This document shows positions 9,863 to 20,070 of a stretch of 64,000 nt of DNA, piece after piece. The number at the start of each line of letters is the position of its first letter. The first letter of the stretch is position 1. Position numbers and translations under genes: made by a program. Source of the DNA: Hyaloraphidium curvatum SAG 235-1 (lineage: Eukaryota > Fungi > Monoblepharomycota); NCBI GenBank assembly GCA_025558095.1, contig JAIVFI010000013.1, forward strand, positions 682,001 to 746,000, read 5' to 3'. Under the pieces are notes generated by a model. It had not been told where the DNA came from and did not search any database. It saw only the letters and a program-made list of their open reading frames with translations.

Positions 9863-11551
9863 GTGGCGGCCCGACCGGTGCTGAGCGGACTTTCGAGAAC
9901 TGCGCAGCGCCTGCTGCCCCTCTGCAAGGTGGAGGGCGACCGTGGACGACCGGTCTCGCCGTCAGGCGCCCGCGAGCGGCCGCGAAGCGCGTCCGCGGGC
10001 CGCCCCGGGGCGGCATCGCAGTTCTTGCGCAAGATCTTCTCGGGCGGTTCCAAGAAGGACTCCGAAGCCAGGGCCGGCCATTCGGGCGCAAACTCGGCGC
10101 CCACGAGTCCGATGAACGCGACGGACGAGCTGGCGCTGGCCCGGGTGGTCTCGGTTGTCGAGTCGTTCCCGACGCAAGCGTGGAGCTACACGCCCGACGT
10201 CGAGGACTGTCGGGAGGTCCTGTCCGCCTTCAAGGGGGACGTGGACCTCTCCGAGCTTTGGCTTCGGGACCTGCGCGATGCCGAGGAGGGCCTTGTTGAG
10301 GCTGTCCGTCCCGGGACGTCGCTCATGGGGGCGGAGAATGCCGGCAACTCGTGCTACTTCGACAGCCTCCTTTTCGCCTTGTTTGCCGCACAGACTTTGT
10401 TCGATGGCCTGCTCCGCGTGGCACTGGATCCCGCAATGGTCCCGGCGCGCAAGTTCCAGGCTTCGCTCCGGCTCTTTGTGAACCAACTGCGGAGAGGTGA
10501 CCTGGTTTCGCGCTTCACCGTTTCCCGGATGCGGGACGATGCCTTTGCCGCCGGTTTTGCCGGGGTCCATGGACTCGGAAGCGGCGTGCGAACCGCACAG
10601 GAGGACACTTCGGAGCTGTTCCTCTGGATTCTCGGGACGCTCCAGGCCCCTTATCTCCCGCTGAACCAGCGCATTCTCCACGGGGCTCGAGAGGAGGTCG
10701 ATGACACCAAGTACTCGGCCGAGCGCGTGCTGGCACTCGACATTCCGGAGCACTACGCCGATTCTCGCGACCCCGTTCCCTTGGAGCGCCTACTCGAGGC
10801 CTTCTTCTTCGAGAACAGGCTCGAGATCACACGCGAGGTGGAGGCTGCGCCGATCGACTTCGGCGACGAGCGCAAGAGGGCTCCCGCGCCCACGGCCCAC
10901 CTCACCGTCCCCGCCTTTTCCGCCCTCAAGATCCTACCCTTTTACACCCCGCAGTCGCAGGCTGGGGACAGCACGGACGCCTCTTCGGCCATGTGGGGCG
11001 ACAACCTGGCGTCTCCACAGGATGGAAGCCCACCGAGCTACGCCTCCGTCACCACACCCGCTCCCCGCCGCTCGCTTGTCTTACCGATGCTGGTCAAGCG
11101 CTACGCCTCGACAACGACCCCGCCCTACTCGCGCCGCCTCCCCGTCGCCCTCGCTGTCCCCACCACCATGAAATTCGCCCTATTTGTCGACGACCCTCGC
11201 GGCGGCGCGGCTGACTACGTCCTCGAGCTACGCTCCGCCGTCCTCCACCGCGGCGAGTCGACGGGCTCGGGACACTACGTCTCCGCCGCGCGCACCCCTG
11301 ATGGCTGGCTAAAGTTCGACGACCTGGCGCCCCGCCGCGTGGTCCGCCCCGAAGGCTACGCGGGCGAGCTCGCGCTGCTGGACGAGGTCGGGCGCGACGG
11401 TTACCTCCTGGTGTGGGAGCTCACGAGGGGCTCGAGCGGTGGGTTCCCGCACGAGGACCACGAGATGGCGAGGAGGCTACAGGTGGAGGAGCGGGAGGGG
11501 AAGAGGGGGAGGGCGCCGGGTTGGGATCCCGATAGCTGCGCGATGCAGTGA
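9863..11551 (+). CDS. USP-family (C19) deubiquitinase with C-terminal CaaX
   Basis: Cys box GAENAGNSCYFDSLLFALF, QEDTSE, His box VLHRGES..GHYV and WLKFDD; ends SCAMQ*. Start uncertain (first ATG in frame at 10112). Confidence 0.85.
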   Translation: MAARPVLSGLSRTAQRLLPLCKVEGDRGRPVSPSGARERPRSASAGRPGAASQFLRKIFSGGSKKDSEARAGHSGANSAPTSPMNATDELALARVVSVVESFPTQAWSYTPDVEDCREVLSAFKGDVDLSELWLRDLRDAEEGLVEAVRPGTSLMGAENAGNSCYFDSLLFALFAAQTLFDGLLRVALDPAMVPARKFQASLRLFVNQLRRGDLVSRFTVSRMRDDAFAAGFAGVHGLGSGVRTAQEDTSELFLWILGTLQAPYLPLNQRILHGAREEVDDTKYSAERVLALDIPEHYADSRDPVPLERLLEAFFFENRLEITREVEAAPIDFGDERKRAPAPTAHLTVPAFSALKILPFYTPQSQAGDSTDASSAMWGDNLASPQDGSPPSYASVTTPAPRRSLVLPMLVKRYASTTTPPYSRRLPVALAVPTTMKFALFVDDPRGGAADYVLELRSAVLHRGESTGSGHYVSAARTPDGWLKFDDLAPRRVVRPEGYAGELALLDEVGRDGYLLVWELTRGSSGGFPHEDHEMARRLQVEEREGKRGRAPGWDPDSCAMQ

Positions 11552-12036
11552 ATAATTTCGCTCCTTCTGTTCGCATACGGATCTATCTGTCCTCGCTCAG
11601 CTCGAAAAACCCAGCGTTGGATCGCGAGCGAACCGGCTTGATGAGCATCTTGGCTCTGACACGAGGGAAGTTCTTTGACTAATGCCGGTCCGAGAGCTGC
11701 ATCGTCCAATCGTTGACAGGCCTCGGCGGTTGGGCACATTTGGTCGCCCGCCCTGTTCAAGAAGGCGTGTCAGGATCCTTCGACAATACTGGAGGATGAA
11801 CGCCTGCCTCCCCAGATTCGGAAGTGGGTAGCGTCTTTCGTGGCTTCGGCCTTGATTGAAGGTGCGAAAGACGAACCCCGATCTGGAGCTCAGAATCGCC
11901 AAGCGGCGATGGCGGAGGGGAATTGACGGAAAGGAATTGACGGCGCACACAGCGCTTTGGATCTTCCTTCTGTCTAATAGCCCTCCTATTACGCTGGCGA
12001 CGCTTCCCGCCAAGGCGCTGTCGCCGCCTCGCCCGA

Positions 12037-12722
12037 TCACCCCGCCGGCTGCGTGCACACCCCGATGTTGATTTCGAAAAGCCGCGCCGCGTTAACCGCG
12101 TCAGACTGGACGATGTTGCAGCTCTGGAAGCACTCGCAGGCGACGAACCCCGCGTCGTCGACCAGCTGGACAAACGCCTGGTTCCACTGCAGCCCGGCTG
12201 TGGAGCAAGTATACAGGCAGGGCAGTGTCGCCGCCGCAATCGTGGTGTAGGGGAAGGTCGACGAGGCGGCGGCCAACGCGAAGTGGCAGCGCCGGGTGGA
12301 GTTGACGCCGTAGGGCTCGGTCACCTCGTTCGAGACGGCGACGTTGCCGTGGCACACGTAGGGGGCGCACTCGGAGTCGACGTAGCACGGCATGCCGGTG
12401 TAGTACCGCGAGTAGAGCTCGTGCTCGGAGTGGTAGGCGACGCACGCAACGGGAAGCTCCTCTGTCGGGCCGGGGTAGCCGGCCTCGCTGGTCGCGGGAG
12501 TGAGCGGCGGCGGAGCGCGAAGGGTGGTTGGATCACCGATCAGTAGCTGTCCTTGGTGCAGTCGCGGCACGATCGGCGGAAGACTGCCGAGGCGGGGGCA
12601 CTGCGGGCATAGGGGGGATCAGGCGGCGGGGCGGCCGGCGCGTGGGCGCACCTCGGGGCGGCGGCGGCGAGAGCCACGAGGGCGGCGAGCGCTGCAGCGA
12701 GGAGCCCGGCGATTGGGGCCAT
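12037..12722 (-). CDS. Small secreted Cys-rich protein
   Basis: Signal peptide MAPIAGLLAAALAALVALAAA. An intron GTGCGC...CTCGGCAG places it in frame with the Cys-rich ORF 12037-12570. Confidence 0.6.
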
Positions 12723-13049
12723 CCGCATGGGTGGATCTTGCCTGCCCTTGTTGTGCCGTTGCGCTCCGGTCCGTTTTGCGCCGTCCCTCCTTTTTCCAGC
12801 CAGGCGCAGTACCCGGACACGGCCAGCAATACAGCGCATGCGTGGCTTGGGACGATGACCAATCCATCACATGCGGTGAGCCGGCACCCGTCCTGATTGG
12901 GTGGATCGTCGTTGGTTGGGCCCCGCGTCTGCGCCGTGGTGCGCGCCGGGAACGCGGAGCAGGTGTTCGTGTCGACCTTCCTCCAAGCGCTGTCGCACGG
13001 CGCGGTGCCGCTGAGCGTGTTCCTGGTGCCCACGGACGGGCCGGCGGGC

Positions 13050-13272
13050 GGTGAGGGACAACAAGGACCAACGAGGCGGCGAGGGCGAGTTCGTTGGCCG
13101 TCACGCAGGAGCCTGCGAACTTGAAATAAGGCGCGGTGATCAACGGTGGAGGGATACGTAGGCCCGGGAGGCCGGTTCCGGACGAGATAGCTGCACACCA
13201 GGCTGCACTGTCCTATGCCGGGTCCTTGCGCAGAAGGTTGAGCCAATTCGTGTCGTCGCCAGTGTCGTCCAT
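13050..13272 (-). pseudogene. Collapsed relic of the membrane-protein gene at 14667-16248
   Basis: 22-nt identity (ACGCAGGAGCCTGCGAACTTGA) between 13103-13124 and 15043-15064, spanning the intron acceptor. FAGSCVTANELA vs FAGSCVTANNLA. Weak N-terminal match MDDTGDDTNWLNLL, followed by a stop. Confidence 0.6.
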
Positions 13273-13569
13273 GGTCGTGGACTGCACAGCCGAGCGGAAC
13301 GCGCCGGCGCAAATGACAGTCATTGCAATGATTGGCTCTGTGCCTGGAGCAGAGAGCAGCGAGGCGTCATTTGCCGGGGTGCCGGGGGTAGAACAGGGCG
13401 CGGCGCACAGCCAATCCAAGAACGCGTACGTGGCCACGCCGCCAGAGCTCGGCGCCAACCTGCAACGCCTTCCACCGAGCTCCGCCTTCCGTGCGTGCGG
13501 CACCGTGGACGCGGGAGGTCGCCCTCGCTCTGCCACAGCGTGCGACTCGACCTCACGGCGCAGGACGCG

Positions 13570-14583
13570 ATGGAGACCGTGACCGTCATGCACCTGATCT
13601 TTGACTCTGGCGCCAGCGAGGAGTACCGCGAGTTCAAGACGAAGCTCCGTGCGCCGGTGGGCGCGGTCACCGCGGCGCTGGCGCGGGGCACGGGCATGCT
13701 GGCGGCCTTGGGACCCGCCGGCGAAGCGCTGTTCCGCAAGAACCGCTCCGCCACCAAGCACGCGTGCGCAAACTGCCGCAAGGACGCCGGCGAACTCGCC
13801 ACGTGGTGCGGCGCGTTCGCGTTGGAGGCGCGCGGCGGCGGCCGCGAGGTGTTCTGCGACGTGGTGGAGGTGCCGCACTGCGCCGGCGTCGGCCGGTGCC
13901 GGGCCGTGGCGGAGAAGCTGCGAAAGGACAGCGTCACCGAGTTGCTTGCCCTGATGCGTGAGGACCCTTCGGCACCGAGCGGCAAGGTCAAGGTGCCCTT
14001 CGAGGTCGTCGCGCTGGGGAGGCGTACGGCACCCTGCGAAGAGCGCCCCGCCGTTCTCCAGAAGAGCAGGGACATCGAAATGGACCCGGAACTCGCCTCC
14101 GCCGTTGCCGCTGCTTCTAGCGACCCGTCTCTGTTCCAACCTTTGCAGCAGCGCCTCTGGCCCCTCATCCGCGAAACGGGCATGGACGTGCTCGAGCCGT
14201 ATCAGCACCGCATTCCCTGTGCCAACTGCGGACGGCGGCCCGTGGACGGGGCGACCATGTACTCGTCCGTACCCGACGTGGCCGGGGGGCCGGTGATGCT
14301 GTACATGCTGCCCGAGTGTGGCAAGGAGACCTGCTCCAGCAAGTTGACGAAGGAGACCGCGGACATGGCGATGGAGATGTCGTCGGTTGCGGCCCGGGCG
14401 ACGCCTTCGAAGCAAGCGCAGCATCTCGGGAGTGCGTGCGGCCGCTGCGGCCGCGTGTCCACGGACCCCAAGGTGGACTTCAAGCGTTGCGCAAGGTGCA
14501 AGAAGGCGCACTATTGCTCAGAGAGGTGCCAGAAGGAGGATTGGGCACTGCACAAGAACTTTTGCAACGTGAACTCGCGCTAG
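13570..14583 (+). CDS. MYND zinc-finger protein with two upstream CxxC...PxCxxxxC modules
   Basis: Intact C-terminal CGRC...CARCKKAHYCSERCQKEDWALHKNFC; intronless. Confidence 0.85.
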   Translation: METVTVMHLIFDSGASEEYREFKTKLRAPVGAVTAALARGTGMLAALGPAGEALFRKNRSATKHACANCRKDAGELATWCGAFALEARGGGREVFCDVVEVPHCAGVGRCRAVAEKLRKDSVTELLALMREDPSAPSGKVKVPFEVVALGRRTAPCEERPAVLQKSRDIEMDPELASAVAAASSDPSLFQPLQQRLWPLIRETGMDVLEPYQHRIPCANCGRRPVDGATMYSSVPDVAGGPVMLYMLPECGKETCSSKLTKETADMAMEMSSVAARATPSKQAQHLGSACGRCGRVSTDPKVDFKRCARCKKAHYCSERCQKEDWALHKNFCNVNSR

Positions 14584-14666
14584 TCGCTCCTTTTGTCTTC
14601 GTTTCATCTCCATTACGCAAACTACAAGATCGTCTTTGCATCACTTCACCCACTTCTCCACGAACC

Positions 14667-16248
14667 TCACCGCAGCGGGCACACGTTCTCCGCCGTCACA
14701 AACACGCTCGTCCGCAGAGCCGACCACAGCCCCACCCCCACCGTCAGTGCCGCCACCGCCAGCGCCCTCAGGTTCCCCGCCGACACCACGAATCCCAAGA
14801 CGCGGCTCCTGTACCCGTCGGCCTCGGCACAGCTGTCCAGCAGCGCGAGGTGCGCCTGCAGCGATGGTGCCAGCGGGTCGGAGCGGGCGAGGGCGAGGGA
14901 GAGCAGGGCGCGGGTTTCGCGGCGGGCGGACGTGAAGAGGGAGGACAGGAGGTCGATGTGGTGGTTGCTCAGGGCGGTGAGGGACAGGTCGATGTAGACC
15001 AGGACAAAGGTGGCGGCGAGGCTGGCGAGGTTGTTCGCGGTGACGCAGGAGCCTGCGAACTTGAGTGGGGGCGCGGACGGGTGAGTGCGGGCGGGGCGGC
15101 CATGGCATGGCGGAACTCACGATGTTGGCGGCGATCGGGATGATCTCGACGGTGAGCAAGGACAGTGTGATGGAACCGATCTGCCGGGCGCGGAACTTCC
15201 ATGCCAGGGCAATGAGCTGGTGCAGGCGGTAGTAGAGGAACTCGGGGGGGTCCGCTCCCAGGTCCTGCCTCGCGGCGGCGTCCTCCGGCTCCGACAGGGC
15301 GTGCTTGAAGCGGAGCACGACCGAGGAAAGTGCCTCGGAAACGGCCCGCCGGGCAAGGCGGAACTCGAGGTCCATGGCCGGGGGGGAACCCCAGTTCATT
15401 CCGACACCGTTGATCCAATGGAACCCCACGCACGCGACGACGCTCAGCATGGCGAGAATAGCGCTCCACGATGTCGTCCAGGTCCTTGCGGCAAACGTGA
15501 CCAGCGGGGTCCACGTCGCCGTGAGGAAGTTGCCCACGCCGAAGGCGAGGCACACGAACACGGAGAACGCGATGCTCCAGCGCACCGCGCGCGCGGGGAT
15601 GCCGCCGCAGCACGACGGCCGCGGGCAGGTGCAGAAGCGGTCTCCCGAGACGTGCCGCAGGAAGAGCCCGGGCTTGTCCGCTACCTCGCCGGATGCGATC
15701 CGGGCGCCCTGGCAGAGCTGCATCCACCTCGCGATCCCGGCCTGCTGGACGCCGTCCAGGAGGTCCTTGTCGCCCTCGGGGAGGGCGATGCGGTCTCCCG
15801 CAGCGGCGCCCTCGGCGCCATCCACGTGCGAGAAGGGCCTGAACCGGATGGCGAGGCCAACGCCTACCGCGGCGACAAAGTACGCCACGTTCGCAAAGAC
15901 GATCTGAAGGGTCCCGAAGCGGCCGTCGTTAAACACGTAGACCGCGGCGTAGAGCGCCGTCACGGAGCAGCCGTAGACCACCTGCCGGACCCACGTGCGG
16001 TTCCCGCCGAAGAACGCGGCCGCCGCGGCCAGCCGCACGCGGAGGATGGCGACGAGCAGCGGTTCCGCGGAAAGCGCCCGGAGCAGCGCGGATTTCGTGA
16101 GGGGGCGCGCACTGCGAGCTTCAGCAGCGAGGTCGGCGGGCGGAGGAACGGCGGGCGCGACAGGCGGCGGTTCCGTAGCGGGGAGCGGTGCGGGAAGCAG
16201 TGCCAGCCATTCCGACTCTGTCAGTTCGGGCTCTGGCGACGCGTCCAT
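14667..16248 (-). CDS. Multi-pass membrane protein, candidate gustatory-receptor-like/7TMIC (DUF3537-like)
   Basis: About 7 hydrophobic segments. Intron 15060-15120. C-terminus YRSRVLGFVVSAGNLRALAVAALTVGVGLWSALR...CPLR*. Confidence 0.65.
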
Positions 16249-16402
16249 CGTCCGCGCAGCTCCTCGTGCGAGCAATCGGCGGGGCGACAATCCCTTGGCG
16301 GGGCGTGGAGGCGGGCGGGGGCAAGGCGGGGAAGTCTCCCATCATTCTCGCAGCACTGCTTCAACAGGTCCTCTCCGAGGCCGTTAGCAGCACTCACGAG
16401 CC

Positions 16403-17238
16403 ATGGACCGCGTCGCCAAGCTGATCGAAGCGGCGAAAATGCGAGGTGGGCAGCCCGATGCCCGCGGCAACGCGTCGAGCGTCGGGGGCTCAACGAAGCT
16501 CCCTCTCCGGCCCTCCGACCAGCCGACCACCCCTTAGTCAAACCCCTCGCTCTCCTCGCCGGCTCCGTCCTCGCCCTCAAGCTCGCGCTGATGGTGCGGG
16601 CGGACTACCGCGCCTGGGTCGCCCTCGGCGTCGGGGGCCTGCCGCACACCCTCAAAGGCTACCTCACCATGTGCGCCTTCCGCGCGCTCTCCCGCAGCGG
16701 GCTCGACACGCGCAGGCTCGAGGCCGCGGGATTGGACGAGCGTCATGCGGGGACGCTGCCGGAAAGGGGCCGGCGCCGCCCCGAAGTCGCGCCGCACCCC
16801 GTGCCGCAGAGGCAGCTCACGCAGACCGGCACGCCCGAGTCGCTTGCTCGCCTGCAGGGCATCTGCGACCGCGCGGTGTCGGCGAGCGGGGGCGAGGCCG
16901 TCTACAAGCAGTCGCATTTCGAGCGGCACAACCGCGCCGTGTGCCTCGTCGAGTCGGCGTGCGGCCATCCCGACGCCGCCATCTCGTTCGGCGAGGTCGG
17001 CCACGTGCATCCCTCGGACGGCTCCATGCACCTCGTGCTCTCGGCGGGGGATTCCTTCGAGGCGCTGGCAAAGGGGTGGGGGGAGCTTCACGGGCTGGCG
17101 GGGTTCGGGGGGAAGCTGCCGGCGGGGTACACGTTCGTCTACGCGCCGGAAAAGGAGGGGGACTTTGCGGTGGTGGAGACGCTGCTGGGGGCCGCGATGG
17201 CGCACCTGAAGCACCGGCCCGCGGAAAGCAAGCAGTAA
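16403..17238 (+). CDS. Luciferase-domain (DUF5519/fungal Luz-like) protein
   Basis: Exon MDRVAKLIEAAKMR, intron 16446-16521, then a TM segment and the motifs DYRAWVALGVGGLP, HPVPQRQ, SHFERH, EVGHVHPSDGSMH, GWGELH, YAP. Confidence 0.8.
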
Positions 17239-17423
17239 CGAATCCTCCAATGCTACCAGACGGGTCAACGAGCCATCAGTTTGGAGAGCTGTCTACTTTC
17301 GTGTTGCTTTTACATCGTTGAAACCTCCCAACCCCGCACGCCAAAGATCCAATCATCTACATCCCCATGGCACCGTGCCCGAAAGAAAGATCGAATGTCA
17401 AACAACCCGACGGCAAGGCGGGC

Positions 17424-19223
17424 TCAGTCGAGGTCCGCGATCACCACGTGCGACCCGTCGTCCCTCGCCATGGACCTCACCACCCGCAGCAGCTCCTCCG
17501 CCCCGCCGACCCAATCCTCCCCCGCCTTGCGCTTCCTCGTCTCGTCCTGCTCCACCTCCATCCCGTCCACCTGCTCCCCGACCGCCCGCACCGTCCCGAC
17601 CTTGCGGCAGACGGGGCACCGCACTTCCTCCCCCGAGGTGGGCATCGCGTACCCCCGCACGCTCAGCAGACCCGCGAGGCACTCGGCGTGGAAGCGGTGC
17701 CCGCACCCCGCCATCTCCCGCAGCGAGCGGTTCCACGCGTCGATCGCGTCGGTGCCCCTGATCTCCGCGCCGGCAGGCACGGGGATCCCTTCGGCCGCCG
17801 CGAGCTCCGCCGCCAGCGCGGGTGTGCCCTGCGGCGCGCGCAGGCACCGCCCGACCACCCTCCGCATCTCGCAGCCGTCCGACTCGGGCTCCTCCGCCGG
17901 CTCCTCCTCCTCCTCCTCGGACGGCAGCCCCATCATCTCGGCGCGCACCTCCACCGCGTTGCCCTCCGGCTCCGGGTCCACCTTCCACAGCGCCATCCGC
18001 TCCCCGACCCCCGCGTCGAACGCCGGGTCCCCCGTCGGCAGCTCGTACCTGCACGCCGGGCACGCGTTGCTCTGGTTCCTGAGCCACGGCGCGAGGCACG
18101 GCAGGTGGAACAGGTGGCTGCACGGCATGCGCACCACCACCTTGTCGTACTCCGAGTCCGATGCCGGCGGGGGGGGCACCGCGCCCTGCGGGAGGTCCTC
18201 GAAGCACACGGTGCAGCTCCGGTTGCGCTCCCACAGCTTCCTGGTGACGTAGCGCATCACCGGCAGCCGGCGGATGGCGTCGTTCGAGGCCGTGGGGGGC
18301 CGGCCGCGGTCGGATTCCCACGTGCCCTGCGGGCCGCCGCCGGGGCCGAAGAAGAAGGCGGGGTGGAGGAAGGCGGTGCCGGGGGGGAACAGCTGCGCGA
18401 GGACGGCGGGGGGGAGGTTGGTGAGGGGGGTGAGGTGGTAGTGCACCGCGCCCTGCTCTCCCGCTTGGGCGCCGGCGGCCTGCGGTGCGGCTGCGGGGTC
18501 GGGCTGCCCCTCCGCGGCCTGGGCGGGCCCGCCCGCGGCGTCCCCGTGGCCCTCCTCAGGGGCTCCCGCGTGGCCGGTGACGACGAACGGGCCGACCGCC
18601 GGGTGCCAGAAGATCGGGTAGCCCGAGGGGGTGAGCGACATGTTGATCGCGTTGGGCAGGAAGTAGGTCGGCGTGGGCGGGGCCGGCGAGGCTGCCGACG
18701 GAGGGGGCGCGGCGGTGCCGGGCAGGTGCGTGCCGGGTACCCGGGCGGGGATCGAGGCGATGGGCTCCAGCGGCGGGGGCGAGTCCGGGGCGGGAGAGGG
18801 CTGCGAGACGACCACGTGCGGGTGCGGCGGGCGGGAGCGGGGGGCGGGCGGCGGGGCGGCGGCCGGCAGATCAGGCCCGCTGGCGGTGGCAGACGCCTGT
18901 GCCGGAGGCCGGGGGTCCGCCGCGGGGGCGGGCTGGGCCTGCGGTGCCGGGGGGTTGGGGGCCGGGGCCGCCCCGCCGAGCGACTCCCTGCCATTGCCCG
19001 CCGGCCCGCTCGGCGGCGTCATCATGCTCTGCATCACGCCGCTGCGCCGCGGGATGAAGTACTGGAACAGGAACGTCCACCGCGGCAGCCGGCTGCCCCC
19101 GCCGCTGCCGTGTTCCAGCGCCGCCCCTTCGGCGGGTTGCGCCTGCCCGGCGGGCCCGCCCGGCCGCGGGGACTCGTTCCGGGACCCCTCGGGTGCGCTT
19201 CCGTCGCCGTTGTTGTCCTGCAT
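17424..19223 (-). CDS. RING-H2 E3 ligase with second RING-like domain and Pro-rich disordered N-terminus
   Basis: CTVCFED...MPCSHLFHLPCLAPWL...CPACR, then CGHRFHAECL...CPVCR. Confidence 0.85.
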   Translation of the reverse strand: MQDNNGDGSAPEGSRNESPRPGGPAGQAQPAEGAALEHGSGGGSRLPRWTFLFQYFIPRRSGVMQSMMTPPSGPAGNGRESLGGAAPAPNPPAPQAQPAPAADPRPPAQASATASGPDLPAAAPPPAPRSRPPHPHVVVSQPSPAPDSPPPLEPIASIPARVPGTHLPGTAAPPPSAASPAPPTPTYFLPNAINMSLTPSGYPIFWHPAVGPFVVTGHAGAPEEGHGDAAGGPAQAAEGQPDPAAAPQAAGAQAGEQGAVHYHLTPLTNLPPAVLAQLFPPGTAFLHPAFFFGPGGGPQGTWESDRGRPPTASNDAIRRLPVMRYVTRKLWERNRSCTVCFEDLPQGAVPPPPASDSEYDKVVVRMPCSHLFHLPCLAPWLRNQSNACPACRYELPTGDPAFDAGVGERMALWKVDPEPEGNAVEVRAEMMGLPSEEEEEEPAEEPESDGCEMRRVVGRCLRAPQGTPALAAELAAAEGIPVPAGAEIRGTDAIDAWNRSLREMAGCGHRFHAECLAGLLSVRGYAMPTSGEEVRCPVCRKVGTVRAVGEQVDGMEVEQDETRKRKAGEDWVGGAEELLRVVRSMARDDGSHVVIADLD

Positions 19224-19635
19224 CGTTCGCGATGGCCTTTCGAGCGCGCTGGAAACCGGTGGAGCTTTTGAGAGCCGCGGGTGCAAGCCACAACTCCGAT
19301 GGGCCCTTTCGAACGCGGTGGAAGGCCCGCCCCGGATCCGCCGCTGGCGACCGCAATCGCCCAGTAAACGGCCGAAATAATGATCGATGGATTGCAGCAC
19401 GAGAATCCGCACGGCATTGCCCGCGATCGGATGCAACAGGCAAGCGCAGGGGCGTCGGACGGGCGGGCCGCGCGGCGCCGCCAAGCTGCGAAGATCGCCC
19501 CGGATCCCGGCCCATTCCCAGCAAACCGCGCGGTTACTGTGTCGCATGAGATGAATGCAGTGCAATTGATTGCATATGGGATATTCGCCGACACCTGAAT
19601 TCAAATGGCGCGGGCCATGGGCAATGATATCCTTT

Positions 19636-19725
19636 TTCAGGCGTTGCGTGAGGGCAAGCCCCGGGCGAGGCGGCGGTAGCGGTCTTCGATTTGTATACGC
19701 ACTGGAGCCCAACACGACACCTGAA
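19636..19725 (-). repeat. Conserved ~75-nt intergenic element, copy 1 (possible structured RNA)
   Basis: The reverse complement aligns to 23762-23840 (core TACAAATC(A/G)AAGACCGCTACC(A/G)CCGCCTC..CCGGGGCTTGCCC.CACGCA). Flanked by self-complementary TTCAGGTGT/ACGCCTGAA. Confidence 0.75.
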
Positions 19726-20070
19726 CGAGGACAAGAGTTGTTTCCGTCAAAGCTATCTGAATATGACAGGCCAAAACCGCTCTTATCCTTGTTCTGCCTA
19801 CGTAGTCCTCCGAATCTCCAATGCTGATGCTGATTGTGTCTGTTCGGCGGGAATCGTCGTTAGCAGGGGGCCGGGATGATCAAAAATGGCACGTACAGCC
19901 GCACACCCCGAAGAATCACTCGAGGACCTCAACGGACTGGCGTGCGCGATCGAGGCGGAAAGAAAAGATCGGAGTGGCTCAGGATATGATGCGGCATACT
20001 GCGGACCGTCACAGTGGTGCTCCAACATGGTGACACCAAACAGCCATTCCATCGAACCTCGTTCGCCAAT

